This document shows, one piece after another, positions 12,022 through 21,901 of a stretch of DNA of 30,360 bases. The stretch comes from an uncultured bacterium (GTDB taxonomy: Bacteria > Hydrogenedentota > Hydrogenedentia > Hydrogenedentales > JAEUWI01): NCBI GenBank assembly GCA_963977445.1, contig CAXBPH010000060.1, positions 1 through 30,360 of the forward strand, in the 5' to 3' direction. Under the pieces are notes generated by a model that was given only the letters and a program-made list of their open reading frames with translations, made no database searches and was not told the origin of the DNA. Both the position numbers and the translations under genes were made by a program. Numbering within the stretch: position 1 is the stretch's first letter; every line of letters starts with the position of its first letter.

Positions 12022-12942
12022 ATGAATTTTCCTCTTATACCAGAGCAAGCGTCTACGTTTGCTCCCAGCGTTGACCTCCTGTTCTACGCGTTGACTGCAT
12101 TTGTCGGTCTCTTCACCGTTGGTGTGACGGGGCTGCTGATCTTGCTTGGCATGAAGTTCAAAGCCGAGCCTGGTCGCAAGTCCGAGCACACGGAGAACAT
12201 GCAGATCGAGCTTCTCTGGAGCGCCATACCCGCCGTCATCGCGCTGGGTATATTCGCGTGGGGAGCATTGATCTATTTCAATTATCGTAACATTCCAGAA
12301 AATACGCTGGACATTAATGTCATCGGTAAGCAGTGGATGTGGAAGATCCAGCATCCCAATGGCAAGCGTGAAGTGAATGCACTACACGTGCCCGTGGGTA
12401 AAGCGGTAAAAATCACAATGACGTCCCAGGACGTGTTGCATGATTTCTACATCCCCGCGTTCCGGGTGAAGCAGGATGCGATTCCTGCTAAGTATACCGA
12501 CATGTGGTTTGAAGCTACCAAAGTCGGCACCTATCCGATTTTTTGCGCCGAATATTGCGGCACCGAGCACTCCCTGATGGGCGGCACCGTGACGGTAATG
12601 GAGCAGGATGATTATGAGCAATGGCTCGATGGTGGTCCTCCCGTTACTCCGGCGCAGGCTGGCGAGACCCTGTTCCAACAGATGGGTTGTATGACCTGTC
12701 ACGATGCGGGTGCTGCCAGTCGCGGTCCCCAGCTTACGAATGTCTTTGGGCATGAAGTTACGATTCGTGGCGGTGAGACGCTCATTGTAGATGAGGACTA
12801 TCTCCGTGAATCTATCATGACCCCTACCGCGAAGATCGTGGACGGTTTCGCGCCGCTCATGCCGACGTTCCCGAATCTCTCCGATGAAGACATCTTCAAT
12901 CTGATCGCATATATCAAGTCCCTTAGCGACGTACAACAGTAA
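12022..12942 (+). CDS. coxB: Cytochrome c oxidase subunit II with fused C-terminal cytochrome c (caa3 type)
   Basis: Two TM helices, KQWMW, DVLHDF, CuA motif [12 protein letters not shown], then CMTCH and a distal Met (LMPTF). Confidence 0.96.
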   Translation: MNFPLIPEQASTFAPSVDLLFYALTAFVGLFTVGVTGLLILLGMKFKAEPGRKSEHTENMQIELLWSAIPAVIALGIFAWGALIYFNYRNIPENTLDINVIGKQWMWKIQHPNGKREVNALHVPVGKAVKITMTSQDVLHDFYIPAFRVKQDAIPAKYTDMWFEATKVGTYPIFCAEYCGTEHSLMGGTVTVMEQDDYEQWLDGGPPVTPAQAGETLFQQMGCMTCHDAGAASRGPQLTNVFGHEVTIRGGETLIVDEDYLRESIMTPTAKIVDGFAPLMPTFPNLSDEDIFNLIAYIKSLSDVQQ

Positions 12943-12956
12943 CGGAAATTGTAAAC

Positions 12957-14609
12957 ATGGCAAACGATGTGGTGCATGGCCCGGATATTCCCCCAAGGGA
13001 TTATACGCGCCCGGAAATTAACTACTTAAACTGGCGTCAGACTGTCGGTTCGTGGCTCCTATCACAGGATCACAAGCGGATCGGTATAATGTATCTGATT
13101 TCGATCAGCATCTTCTTCCTGGTAGGTGGTACGTTCGCGACCATTTTTCGGATTGAGTTGTTGACGCCAGAAGGCGACCTGTTGCAGGCAGATACCTACA
13201 ACAAATTCTTCACACTCCACGGCGTTGTGATGATTTTCTTCTTCCTCATTCCGTCAATTCCAGCAGTATTGGGTAACTTCCTTATCCCCTTGCAGATTGG
13301 TGCCAGGGATGTGGCCTTCCCGAAGTTGAACCTGCTCAGTTGGTACATCTTCATGGTGGGTGGCACCTTGGGTGTGACCGTTATTCTGATCGGTGGTCTT
13401 GATACGGGATGGACATTCTACACACCCCTTAGTACGTCGTATGCAAATACTCACGTATTCCTCGCGGCGATCGTAATTTTTATTACGGGTTTCTCGTCCA
13501 TCCTTACGGGCCTGAACTTTCTCGTAACCATTCACAAGATGCGTGCGCCGGGCATGACCTGGTTCCGCCTGCCCCTCTTCATCTGGGCACACTACGCGAC
13601 CAGTGTAATTCAGATTCTGGGCACACCTGTGATTGCGATCACGGTCTTCCTGGCCGGTGTGGAGCGTCTCTGGGGTGTTGGTATATTTGACCCCGCCCTC
13701 GGTGGTGATCCCGTTCTCTTCCAGCACATGTTCTGGTTCTACTCCCACCCCGCAGTGTATATCATGATTCTGCCCGGTATGGGTGTGATCAGCGAGATCA
13801 TCGGCTGCTTCTCCCGCAACCGAGTCTTTGGGTACGAATTCATCGCCTTCTCGAGTGTCGCTATTGCCATCATCGGTTTCCTCGTCTGGGGTCACCACAT
13901 GTATGTCAGTGGCCAGGCCATGTATTCCAACCTGGTCTTCTCCCTGCTGACCATGCTCGTTGCGGTGCCGTCCGCCATTAAGATCTTCAACTGGACCGCT
14001 ACGCTCTATAAGGGCAACGTGGTTTGGGCGACCCCGATGATTTACGCCATCGGCTTCATCGGTCTGTTCGCCATCGGCGGCGGCACGGGACTCTTCCTGG
14101 GCGCGGTTGGTCTCGATGTACCTCTTCACGATACCTACTTCGTTGTAGCTCACTTCCACTACGTCATGGTAGGCGGCATGGTAATGGCCTATCTCGCGGG
14201 CATTCACTTCTACTGGCCCAAGATGACCGGTAAAATGTATCCCCAGACGTTGGCAAACTTGTGCGCGATTCTGGTCTTCGTCGGATTTAACTGTACCTTC
14301 TTCCCCCAGTTCCTGGCCGGTTGGTTGGGTATGCCACGGCGTTACCACTCCTACCACGAAGATTTCCAGGTACTGAATGTTATGTCCACCTTGGGTGCGA
14401 GCATCCTGGGACTCGGGTTCACGATTCCTGTCTTCTACCTTATCTGGTCTCTGTTCTACGGCAAAGAAGCCGGCAGCAACCCTTGGGGTGCCCGTGGTCT
14501 GGAATGGGAAGTTTGTACGTCACCACCCGATCCCCATAATTTTCATGAAATACCGATTGTAACCAGCGAGGCCTATGCCTACACCGGGGAGGAAACACTC
14601 AGTGAGTAG
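12957..14609 (+). CDS. ctaD: Cytochrome c oxidase subunit I, A2-type heme-copper oxidase
   Basis: [18 protein letters not shown] (D-channel), [17 protein letters not shown] (YS motif, A2), WGHHMY, VPSAIK (K-channel), [18 protein letters not shown]. Confidence 0.97.
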   Translation: MANDVVHGPDIPPRDYTRPEINYLNWRQTVGSWLLSQDHKRIGIMYLISISIFFLVGGTFATIFRIELLTPEGDLLQADTYNKFFTLHGVVMIFFFLIPSIPAVLGNFLIPLQIGARDVAFPKLNLLSWYIFMVGGTLGVTVILIGGLDTGWTFYTPLSTSYANTHVFLAAIVIFITGFSSILTGLNFLVTIHKMRAPGMTWFRLPLFIWAHYATSVIQILGTPVIAITVFLAGVERLWGVGIFDPALGGDPVLFQHMFWFYSHPAVYIMILPGMGVISEIIGCFSRNRVFGYEFIAFSSVAIAIIGFLVWGHHMYVSGQAMYSNLVFSLLTMLVAVPSAIKIFNWTATLYKGNVVWATPMIYAIGFIGLFAIGGGTGLFLGAVGLDVPLHDTYFVVAHFHYVMVGGMVMAYLAGIHFYWPKMTGKMYPQTLANLCAILVFVGFNCTFFPQFLAGWLGMPRRYHSYHEDFQVLNVMSTLGASILGLGFTIPVFYLIWSLFYGKEAGSNPWGARGLEWEVCTSPPDPHNFHEIPIVTSEAYAYTGEETLSE

Positions 14610-15282
14610 CGCAGAAGCACAAACGGATAATCCCCATCTGGCACATCATTTTGAATCCGTAGAGCAGCAAGAAGAATCGTGTACCCTTGGTATGTGGCTT
14701 TTCCTGGCTCAGGAAGTCATGTTCTTCGGTGGGCTCTTCATGGCCTATGCCGTTTACCGCTACATGTATTTCGATGCATGGTATGCCGGTAGTCATCACT
14801 TGAACGTGAGCATCGGTGGCTTCAATACGGTGGTGCTCCTCGTGAGTAGTTTTACCATGGCCATGGGCGTCTACTTTTGCCAGATTGGTAATAGTAAATG
14901 GCTCTTCAGGATGCTTGGACTGACACTTATTTTGGGTATCGCCTTCGTCGGTCTCAAATGGTGGTTAGAATATACCCCCAAGTTTCATGACGGTCTGTTT
15001 CCGGGTTCAGGTTGGGGTCCGAAAGGCCACTACGCTGACTTGGCTAACTTCAAAGATCAGGGTGCGCTGCAACTATTCTTTATCTTCTACTTCATCATGA
15101 CCGGCATGCACGCCTTCCATATGGTCATTGGTTTTGTCATCCTCCTGGTACTTATGTGGATGACGAAGCAGAATAAATTTGGTCCCCAGCGCTATATGCC
15201 CATCCTGTTCTTTGGTCTGTATTGGCACTTTGTCGATATTGTCTGGGTTTTCCTGTTCCCCATGTTTTATTTGGTCACCTGA
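14602..15282 (+). CDS. ctaE: Cytochrome c oxidase subunit III
   Basis: [53 protein letters not shown]. Start set at GTG 14602 (GGAGG RBS, overlaps the subunit I stop). Confidence 0.94.
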   Translation: MSSAEAQTDNPHLAHHFESVEQQEESCTLGMWLFLAQEVMFFGGLFMAYAVYRYMYFDAWYAGSHHLNVSIGGFNTVVLLVSSFTMAMGVYFCQIGNSKWLFRMLGLTLILGIAFVGLKWWLEYTPKFHDGLFPGSGWGPKGHYADLANFKDQGALQLFFIFYFIMTGMHAFHMVIGFVILLVLMWMTKQNKFGPQRYMPILFFGLYWHFVDIVWVFLFPMFYLVT

Positions 15283-15311
15283 CCCCGAAAACGTAAGAGA
15301 GAAATGACGCT

Positions 15312-15644
15312 ATGTCTCAACATCATATCGTAACCCCAAAGACCTATGTGACAATCCTGTGCTGTCTCTTTGCGCTTATGGCGCTGACTATTGGTGCCGC
15401 AAAATTTCACATTGGCCCTGCAGACCAGCATGTGTACAATCTCCTGGTTGCTCTGGCGATAGCCGGTTGCAAGATGAGTTTGATTCTCATGTTCTTCATG
15501 CACGTCAAATATGGCAGCAAGTTGACGGCCGTCTTCGCCACGGGCGGATTCTTTTGGCTTGTCATCTTTTTCACGCTGCTCTTCGCGGATTACATGAGTC
15601 GCATCTGGAATTCGCCGATCACGCCCAATCCCTACGGCGGTTAG
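15312..15644 (+). CDS. ctaF: Cytochrome c oxidase subunit IV
   Basis: 110 aa, three TM helices, IAGCKMSLILMFFMHVKY (K-x6-FMH motif); last gene of the operon. Confidence 0.92.
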   Translation: MSQHHIVTPKTYVTILCCLFALMALTIGAAKFHIGPADQHVYNLLVALAIAGCKMSLILMFFMHVKYGSKLTAVFATGGFFWLVIFFTLLFADYMSRIWNSPITPNPYGG

Positions 15645-15666
15645 TTCGGAATCTAGCCTATTCTTC

Positions 15667-15711
15667 GCGCCTGTATCTCTCCCTCGAGGAGATACAGGCG
15701 CTTTTCTGTTT
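15667..15711 (+). terminator. Rho-independent terminator of the act-cox operon
   Basis: Perfect 13-bp stem GCGCCTGTATCTC (15667-79)/GAGATACAGGCGC (15689-701), 9-nt loop, followed by TTTTCTGTTT. Confidence 0.88.
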
Positions 15712-15779
15712 CCCACCAATGAAGTGATCTACACCGTGTCAAGGGCCACCGGAATTGATAGGTAAACGTGAGGTTCCCT

Positions 15780-16220
15780 ATGCGCTCCCTTGTCACAGCG
15801 ATGTTAGTTACAGGTATTACCCTGATTTTCCTCGGGTGTGATCGTGCGCCAACGGGAGCGCCCATTCCCTGGCAATCGTCTATTCCATTGGGTATTGAAG
15901 CCGCTGAGACAGGCCAACCAATCCTCGTCTATTTCACCGCAACCTGGTGTGTGCCCTGTCGGAAAATGGAGGCAGGGCCGCTACAATCGGCAAGCGTGAC
16001 CGAGGCGATCAAGGCGTTTGTTCCGGTCAAAATAGATATTGACCAGCAGCCCAAGACCGCTGAGGCCTATTTCGCCGAAGCAACACCAGCGTTCTTCATT
16101 CTCGATCAGGGTGGGGTCGTACGGGCCCGAGCGGTGGGGTATCACACCCCGGAAGACCTGGTCGCCTATTTGAATGAGAGTGCGGCACTACTGGCCGATG
16201 AGCGGGCGGATATACCGTGA
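15780..16220 (+). CDS. Thioredoxin-family lipoprotein
   Basis: Lipobox FLGC; ILVYFTATWCVPCRKM active site; cis-Pro ATP motif; GAGGT RBS before ATG 15780. Confidence 0.88.
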   Translation: MRSLVTAMLVTGITLIFLGCDRAPTGAPIPWQSSIPLGIEAAETGQPILVYFTATWCVPCRKMEAGPLQSASVTEAIKAFVPVKIDIDQQPKTAEAYFAEATPAFFILDQGGVVRARAVGYHTPEDLVAYLNESAALLADERADIP

Positions 16221-16322
16221 TTTTGGAAGGGGTAGCGTAATGCAACAGATAGGCTCGGCATTTCCGATGTGAACGTGACAGCTCTGCTTCGATATACTTC
16301 CTGATAACTTCCAGGTTAAGCG

Positions 16323-17192
16323 ATGGCGTATTGGGCTTCCGACAGGTCTGCATTGACCCGGGCGCTATCCCTGGTGATTCATGAAAGGTGGCAAGCTGTG
16401 GCGGTCCTATCCCCAGACGACAGACCGTTGGTACCCGTACTCGGTGACGATGAAGTGCATGTGCTCCACTTCAGCCTCGATCAGGAACGGTCCGGGATGG
16501 AAGTTCTGCTTCAAGCGTTGAATGAAACCGAGCGTACTCGTGCCGACCGCTTTATCCGTCCAATACATCAGACCCGCTTTGCCAATGGTCGGGCCATTCT
16601 GCGGCAAATATTGGGCTTGTACGTCGGAAAAGGGAGCGGTTCCGTCGAATTCACCTATGGACCCCAGGGAAAGCCCGCCCTGGTACACGGCGTGGGGGAG
16701 CGCCCGCTGGAGTTTAATCTTAGTCACTCCGAAGATCAGGCCTTGTGTGCTCTCGCCTGGGAACGACCCGTAGGGGTGGATATCGAAGGCAAACGGGAGC
16801 GTATCGCTGCCGAGGCCATCGCCAGACGGTATTTCGGGCTCATGGAGATTGAAGCGTTGGCCGCGCAAGAGAATTCGCAAAGCAGGCAAGAGGTTTTCTA
16901 CCAATACTGGACCGCCAAGGAAGCGCTGTTGAAAGGTGTTGGTGGAGGGCTGACCGTAGCCCTCGATCGGTGTGAGTTTTCGCTGGACACAAATCCCTTT
17001 GCGCTGGCGCTCACGGACTTGCCTGAAATATCCCAGGCGAATTGGAATGTCTATGGACTTCATGGATTGGGGGCCTACGCGGGTGCCGTTGCGATCTCGG
17101 GTGGTGGAGGCATAATCATCAATCATTCCTGGAATCCATTGTCGCTGGAAACTTGGCCCCATGGCGCGCAAGAACCTTTACACAAAAAGTAA
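16323..17192 (+). CDS. 4'-phosphopantetheinyl transferase, Sfp/HetI type
   Basis: GPQGKP, FNLSHS, VGVDIE, WTAKEALLKG motifs; true start may be a GTG near 16398. Confidence 0.92.
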   Translation: MAYWASDRSALTRALSLVIHERWQAVAVLSPDDRPLVPVLGDDEVHVLHFSLDQERSGMEVLLQALNETERTRADRFIRPIHQTRFANGRAILRQILGLYVGKGSGSVEFTYGPQGKPALVHGVGERPLEFNLSHSEDQALCALAWERPVGVDIEGKRERIAAEAIARRYFGLMEIEALAAQENSQSRQEVFYQYWTAKEALLKGVGGGLTVALDRCEFSLDTNPFALALTDLPEISQANWNVYGLHGLGAYAGAVAISGGGGIIINHSWNPLSLETWPHGAQEPLHKK

Positions 17193-17207
17193 TATTCATG
17201 TTATACT
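17177..17207 (+). promoter_or_regulatory. Candidate extended -10 promoter for the response regulator
   Basis: TG-T-TATACT at 17199-17207 with TTTACA at 17177-82. Confidence 0.4.
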
Positions 17208-17321
17208 GCGGTTGAGATGAACTCATTCTGACCCAATCTCCCCATAAGGAGGTTGGATAGGTATTCGTCTGGCGGTTTGTAGTAGGGAATCTTTCTTAAA
17301 TTGGCGCATTGGGGTACGGGT

Positions 17322-17690
17322 TTGAGCCACATTCTTATCGTAGACGACGAGCCTCAGGTCCGTCTCATGCTTTCCACCTGCTTGCAACGGGCGGGTTTCG
17401 ACGTGTCCGAAGCCGAAGACGGTGAGGAAGCGCTCCGGATAAATGCTAAAATGCCCGTCGACCTGATTATTCTCGATCTTCTTATGCCGGGCATGGAGGG
17501 GCTCGAGACCCTCATGGCCCTTCGAAAAGAGCGCGAACGCCCTCGTGTAATCGCCATTTCAGGGGGTTCCCGTTCCGTCGGGGCAGATTTTCTGCCTGCT
17601 GCGCTCAAATTGGGTGCCGACAGAACGCTTAAAAAACCCTTTCGAAATGAAGATCTCCTGAAGACCATAAGTGAGCTGATCAGCCTGTAA
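17322..17690 (+). CDS. Stand-alone response regulator receiver (CheY-like)
   Basis: HILIVDDE, phospho-acceptor Asp in IILDLLMP, AISG, KKPF; no output domain. Likely TTG start at 17322. Confidence 0.92.
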   Translation: MSHILIVDDEPQVRLMLSTCLQRAGFDVSEAEDGEEALRINAKMPVDLIILDLLMPGMEGLETLMALRKERERPRVIAISGGSRSVGADFLPAALKLGADRTLKKPFRNEDLLKTISELISL

Positions 17691-18101
17691 CCCACGTAAC
17701 AGCAATTAGTTATAGGGTGAAGATTCACTGAAGTCTCCGCTTTAAATCTTCGCCGACCGCCTCCATAAACAAGTGTGTTTTATGCGTAACCTATGGATAA
17801 TAATAGAGTTACATGTGCTGGTCCTGCTATTTCCTCGCCCACTCCGCAAATGCAAAAATAATCTTACAAAGACGGAACCTTTGTGCCGTTTCAGGGATAT
17901 TATACGTGTGTGGTCGTATACTGACGCAAAATAGAGTTTCTAATTTTCGAAGTTGTGCTGTCGTGCCGGGTGTGTGTGACGACAGGTCAGAATAGGTATG
18001 GATGCAAGAGTTTGGGCGAGTTTCCGGCTCTTGGTGTGGAAACAAAATAATCAAACCAACGTTCGGCCCAGGTTAGTCCAGAGCAAAGGAATATCAGCAT
18101 C

Positions 18102-19442
18102 ATGAGCAAGTACTTTTCGTCATTTCATATCAAGAAGTCTGCAGAACCTTCCGCCTGCCATGCTTGCACCGGTCCAAGCCGTCGCGCCTTTCTGAAAGTG
18201 GGTGTTCTTGGTGGTCTTGGCCTTACCTTGGGGGACTACCTCCAGATTCAGGCACAGGAAGCCGCTCCCGCTGCCGGGCCCGCTGCTCAGTCGGCCATTT
18301 TTATCTTTATGAATGGCGGTATGAGCCATATTGATACTTTCGATCCCAAGCCCTATGCCCCCATCGAATACCGTGGTGAATTGGGTTCGGTAAAGACCAA
18401 TACCGGCGAGTATTTTGGTGGTCAGTTGCCCCGCCTTGCGCAGGTCGCCGATAAAATGTCTATTATTCGTTCCATGACCCACGGCGAAGCGGCCCACGAG
18501 CGCGGACAGCACAATATGCTGACCGGCTATCGTCCGAGCCCAGCGGTTCAGTATCCCAGCTTTGGCTCCGTGATTTCTCTCAAGCTCGGTGGACGTGAAA
18601 ACATTCCCCCCTATGTGAGCATTCCTGCGGCAGACAATCCCTATTACGGTACGGGCTACCTCAGTTCCGCGTTTGGTCCGTTCTCCGTGGGTGGTGAGCC
18701 TGCGACCAAAGGGTTCAAGGTTCGTGATTTGAATCTGCCCGGCGGCGTGACGCCCGAGCGTATGGAAGGCCGTAAGAGCCTGTTGGCTTCGGTTGATGCC
18801 CATTTCAATTCTCTGGAAAGCAGCGATGCGTTGGAAGCCATGAATTCCTACTACCAGCGCGCCTATTCCCTTATCAGCTCCCAGAATGCCCGTGAGGCGT
18901 TCAACATCGATGCCGAGCCCGACGCCGTACGCGATGAGTATGGTCGCCATGCATTTGGCCAGCGTTTGTTACTGGCCCGTCGCCTCGTCGAGGGTGGTGC
19001 CCGTTTCATTACCGTCAGTGATGGTGGTTGGGATATGCATCGGGACATTAAAAAAGGTATCGAGGGCAAGTTTCCCCCGGTCGATCAGGGCCTTTCGACC
19101 CTTATCACCGATCTGGACCGTCGGGGATTGCTGGCGACTACCATGGTTATCCTCGTCTCCGAATTTGGTCGTACGGCGAAGCTTAATAAAGATGGCGGAC
19201 GTGACCACTGGCCCAAGGCCTTCAGTGTTGCCCTCGCCGGTGGTGGCATCAAAGGTGGCATCATCCATGGTGCGACCAACGCGCAGGGTACGGAGCCATC
19301 CGATGCACCTGTCAGCCCCGCCGATCTCGGTGCGACGATCTACACCCAGTTGGGCATAGACCCCACGGAACGTCTGATGAGTGGAGGCAATCGCCCCATC
19401 GATATCATTCGTCAGGGCGAAGTCGTAAGTTCGATTGTTTAA
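18102..19442 (+). CDS. DUF1501 family protein, Tat-exported
   Basis: SRRAFLK twin-arginine signal; IFIFMNGGMSHIDTFDPKP, ARRLVEGG, GGWDMH, SEFGRT, GGRDHWP, LAGGGIKGG motifs; AAGGA RBS. Confidence 0.92.
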   Translation: MSKYFSSFHIKKSAEPSACHACTGPSRRAFLKVGVLGGLGLTLGDYLQIQAQEAAPAAGPAAQSAIFIFMNGGMSHIDTFDPKPYAPIEYRGELGSVKTNTGEYFGGQLPRLAQVADKMSIIRSMTHGEAAHERGQHNMLTGYRPSPAVQYPSFGSVISLKLGGRENIPPYVSIPAADNPYYGTGYLSSAFGPFSVGGEPATKGFKVRDLNLPGGVTPERMEGRKSLLASVDAHFNSLESSDALEAMNSYYQRAYSLISSQNAREAFNIDAEPDAVRDEYGRHAFGQRLLLARRLVEGGARFITVSDGGWDMHRDIKKGIEGKFPPVDQGLSTLITDLDRRGLLATTMVILVSEFGRTAKLNKDGGRDHWPKAFSVALAGGGIKGGIIHGATNAQGTEPSDAPVSPADLGATIYTQLGIDPTERLMSGGNRPIDIIRQGEVVSSIV

Positions 19443-19495
19443 TCCAGCCGATTCAGCACAGCGCTGAGTGAAACAAGGCAGTATGGAATAACCTT

Positions 19496-21842
19496 ATGCG
19501 CAATCACCTAAGCTACATGAATACGGCATTGATTCTGTTCCTCTTGGGAATGGCAACCACGGCTGTCGCAGTAACACCCGGTTACCCCTCGGGGTGTCCA
19601 GCGCGGGGTTGAGTCCGAAGTTACCCTCCACGGTAGCGGGCTGGCCGATGCGGTGGAAGTTATGTTTCACGACACCGGCATCGAGATGGTCTCCATGACT
19701 CCGGTGGACGATAAGAGTGCAACGGCCCTGTTGCGTGTAGCACCCGATTGCCGGGTGGGTACCCACGGCATGCGTGTCCGCACGAGTTCGGGCATATCTG
19801 ATCTCGAAATGATCAGCGTGGGCACTCTTACGGAAATCCAGGAGGTCGAGCCCAACAATAAGGAGGCCGAGGCGCCTGAAATACCGTTGGGTACGACTGT
19901 CAACGGTGTAGTTACCTCAGAAGATGTGGATTATTACGCCGTCACGCTGAATCCGGGCGATCGCCTGGCGGTTGAAGTAGAAGCCATTCGACTCGGCGGC
20001 GCGTTGTTCGACCCGAAGTTGCGCCTCTTCGGTCCTGAGGGCCATGAGCGTGTTGCCGAAGACGACACCCAGATGTTCCGTCAGGATGCCGGTTTTGTAT
20101 ACACCTCCACGGAAACAGGAAAGCACCTCATTGCGGTTAGCGAAGCAGCCTATCGCGGCGGTGGCGATTACTATTACCGACTACACGTCGGCCAATTCCC
20201 TCGTCCTTTCGCCGTGACTCCCATGGGTGGCGCGCCCGGTTCCCAGGTTGAAGTTACCTGGCTGGGGGATACGGGTGCAGGCACACAGTCCATTACGATA
20301 CCCGAAAATACGGATGGCGTGATTCAGCTCACGGCGCAGAACGACGCAGGTGTAGCACCATCGACCATTCCTTTCCGTGCCACCCCGTTCGGTGGCGTAC
20401 AAGAAGTAGAGCCCAACAATGGCCACGATGTGGCGACTCAGGGTGCCATTTCAGGTGCCTTTGATGGGGTAATCGGCGAAGCCGGCGATGCCGACTTCTT
20501 CAAGTTTGAAGGTAAGGCCACCCAAGTCGTTGAATTCCGCGTCTGGGCCCGGGCCCTGGGCTCGCCCCTCGATAGCGTATTGGTGATTTACAAACCCGAC
20601 GGCAGCGGACTTGGCAGCGATGATGACGCCGCCGCCGTAGACAGCCTGGTCCGTGTGACGCTGCCGGAAGATGGCGTCTACACCCTCTCCGTCCGTGACC
20701 ACCTCAATCGGGGCGGCGCTACCTTTGCCTACCGGGTTGAAGCAGCCACGGTTGAGCCCCACCTGTCTACGTCTCTCATCGAGAACCGACCGGTAACCAC
20801 TGTCATACCACAAAATAACTATACGTATCTGCTTTGTAATGTAGCGCGCAAAGATTTCGACGGGCCTATCAAAGTGGAGCTCCTGGACCTTCCCGCCGGT
20901 GTTACGGCAAGTTCGCCCCTCATTCCGCAGGGTCAGGGACTTCGCCCCATCATTATTCATGGTGCGCCCGATGCCGCTGTTGTCGGAGCCATGGTAGACG
21001 TGCGCGGAACCCTGCAACAAGAGGGGAGCACCTTGTCGGGCGGCCTGGATCAGGAAGTACGCCTGATAGCCGGTAACAACGACACCACGTTCTTCGGCGA
21101 AAAGGTAGATCGTCTGGCCATGGCGGTCAGTGTGCCTGCACCATTTTCTGTAGAACTCGTTCCCCCGACGGTACCCACGGTAACCAATACGTACCGCATG
21201 CTTACGGTAAAGGCGACGCGCGCCGAAGGCTTTACCGGAGAAATCGCCCTCCACTTTCCCTGGTTACCTCCGGGTATGGGTGGTGGCACGGCGAAGATTC
21301 CGGGCGACCAGAACGAAGTTGAAATTCGTCTGGAAGTACGGAATGGTACGCCGATTGAGACTCACGAAATTTTTGTCTCCGCATCGTCTGCAGGTTATCT
21401 GCTGTGTACCCCGCCGGTGCCTTTCGAAGTGCAGGAGCCCTGGGTGAATTTTACCGTGGCCGCTACGGCAACGGATCAAGGTAAACCCGTGGAACTGGCC
21501 GTCAACGTGGAACAGAAAGTGGCCTACGATGGTGCCTGCAAGGCCGAGTTGATTGGTCTCCCCAAAGGCGTCACCGCAGAGCCCTTGGAGTTCACCAAAG
21601 ATACGACAGAACTGAAGTTCAACCTGACCGTGGCAGAAGATGCCCCGGTTGGTAAGTTTGAAGCAGTCGCAGTAAATACGGTTATCGATACGCCCAATGG
21701 TACCGTGCTTCACCGCAGCGCACCGGGCGAACTTAAGGTGCAGAAGCCTTTGCCCGCCGCCCTTCAGGCGCAGGCTCCCGCACCCGCAGCAGAAGCGGCA
21801 CCCGATGCGCCCAAGCGCAAAACCCGCTTCCCCACTACTTGA
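19496..21842 (+). CDS. Secreted PPC (pre-peptidase C-terminal) repeat protein of DUF1501/DUF1553 clusters; frameshifted near 19580 as sequenced
   Basis: Two repeats starting QEVEPNN...GV...D.D.Y/F; family-typical N-terminus VTPRGVQRGVESEVTLHG in the main frame from 19581; signal peptide MRNHLSYMNTALILFLLGMATTAVA-VTP lies in another frame from ATG 19496. The track ORF starts only at 19653. Confidence 0.82.
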
Positions 21843-21901
21843 GTTTGTAATCCGGTCAGCGTTGTATAAGTGATTCAAACCCGTACAGAGATGATGGAAT
21901 T

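Noticed and set aside
19653..21842. Subtilase-type serine protease label
   Set aside because: No catalytic motifs seen; only PPC-like and other beta-sandwich repeats.
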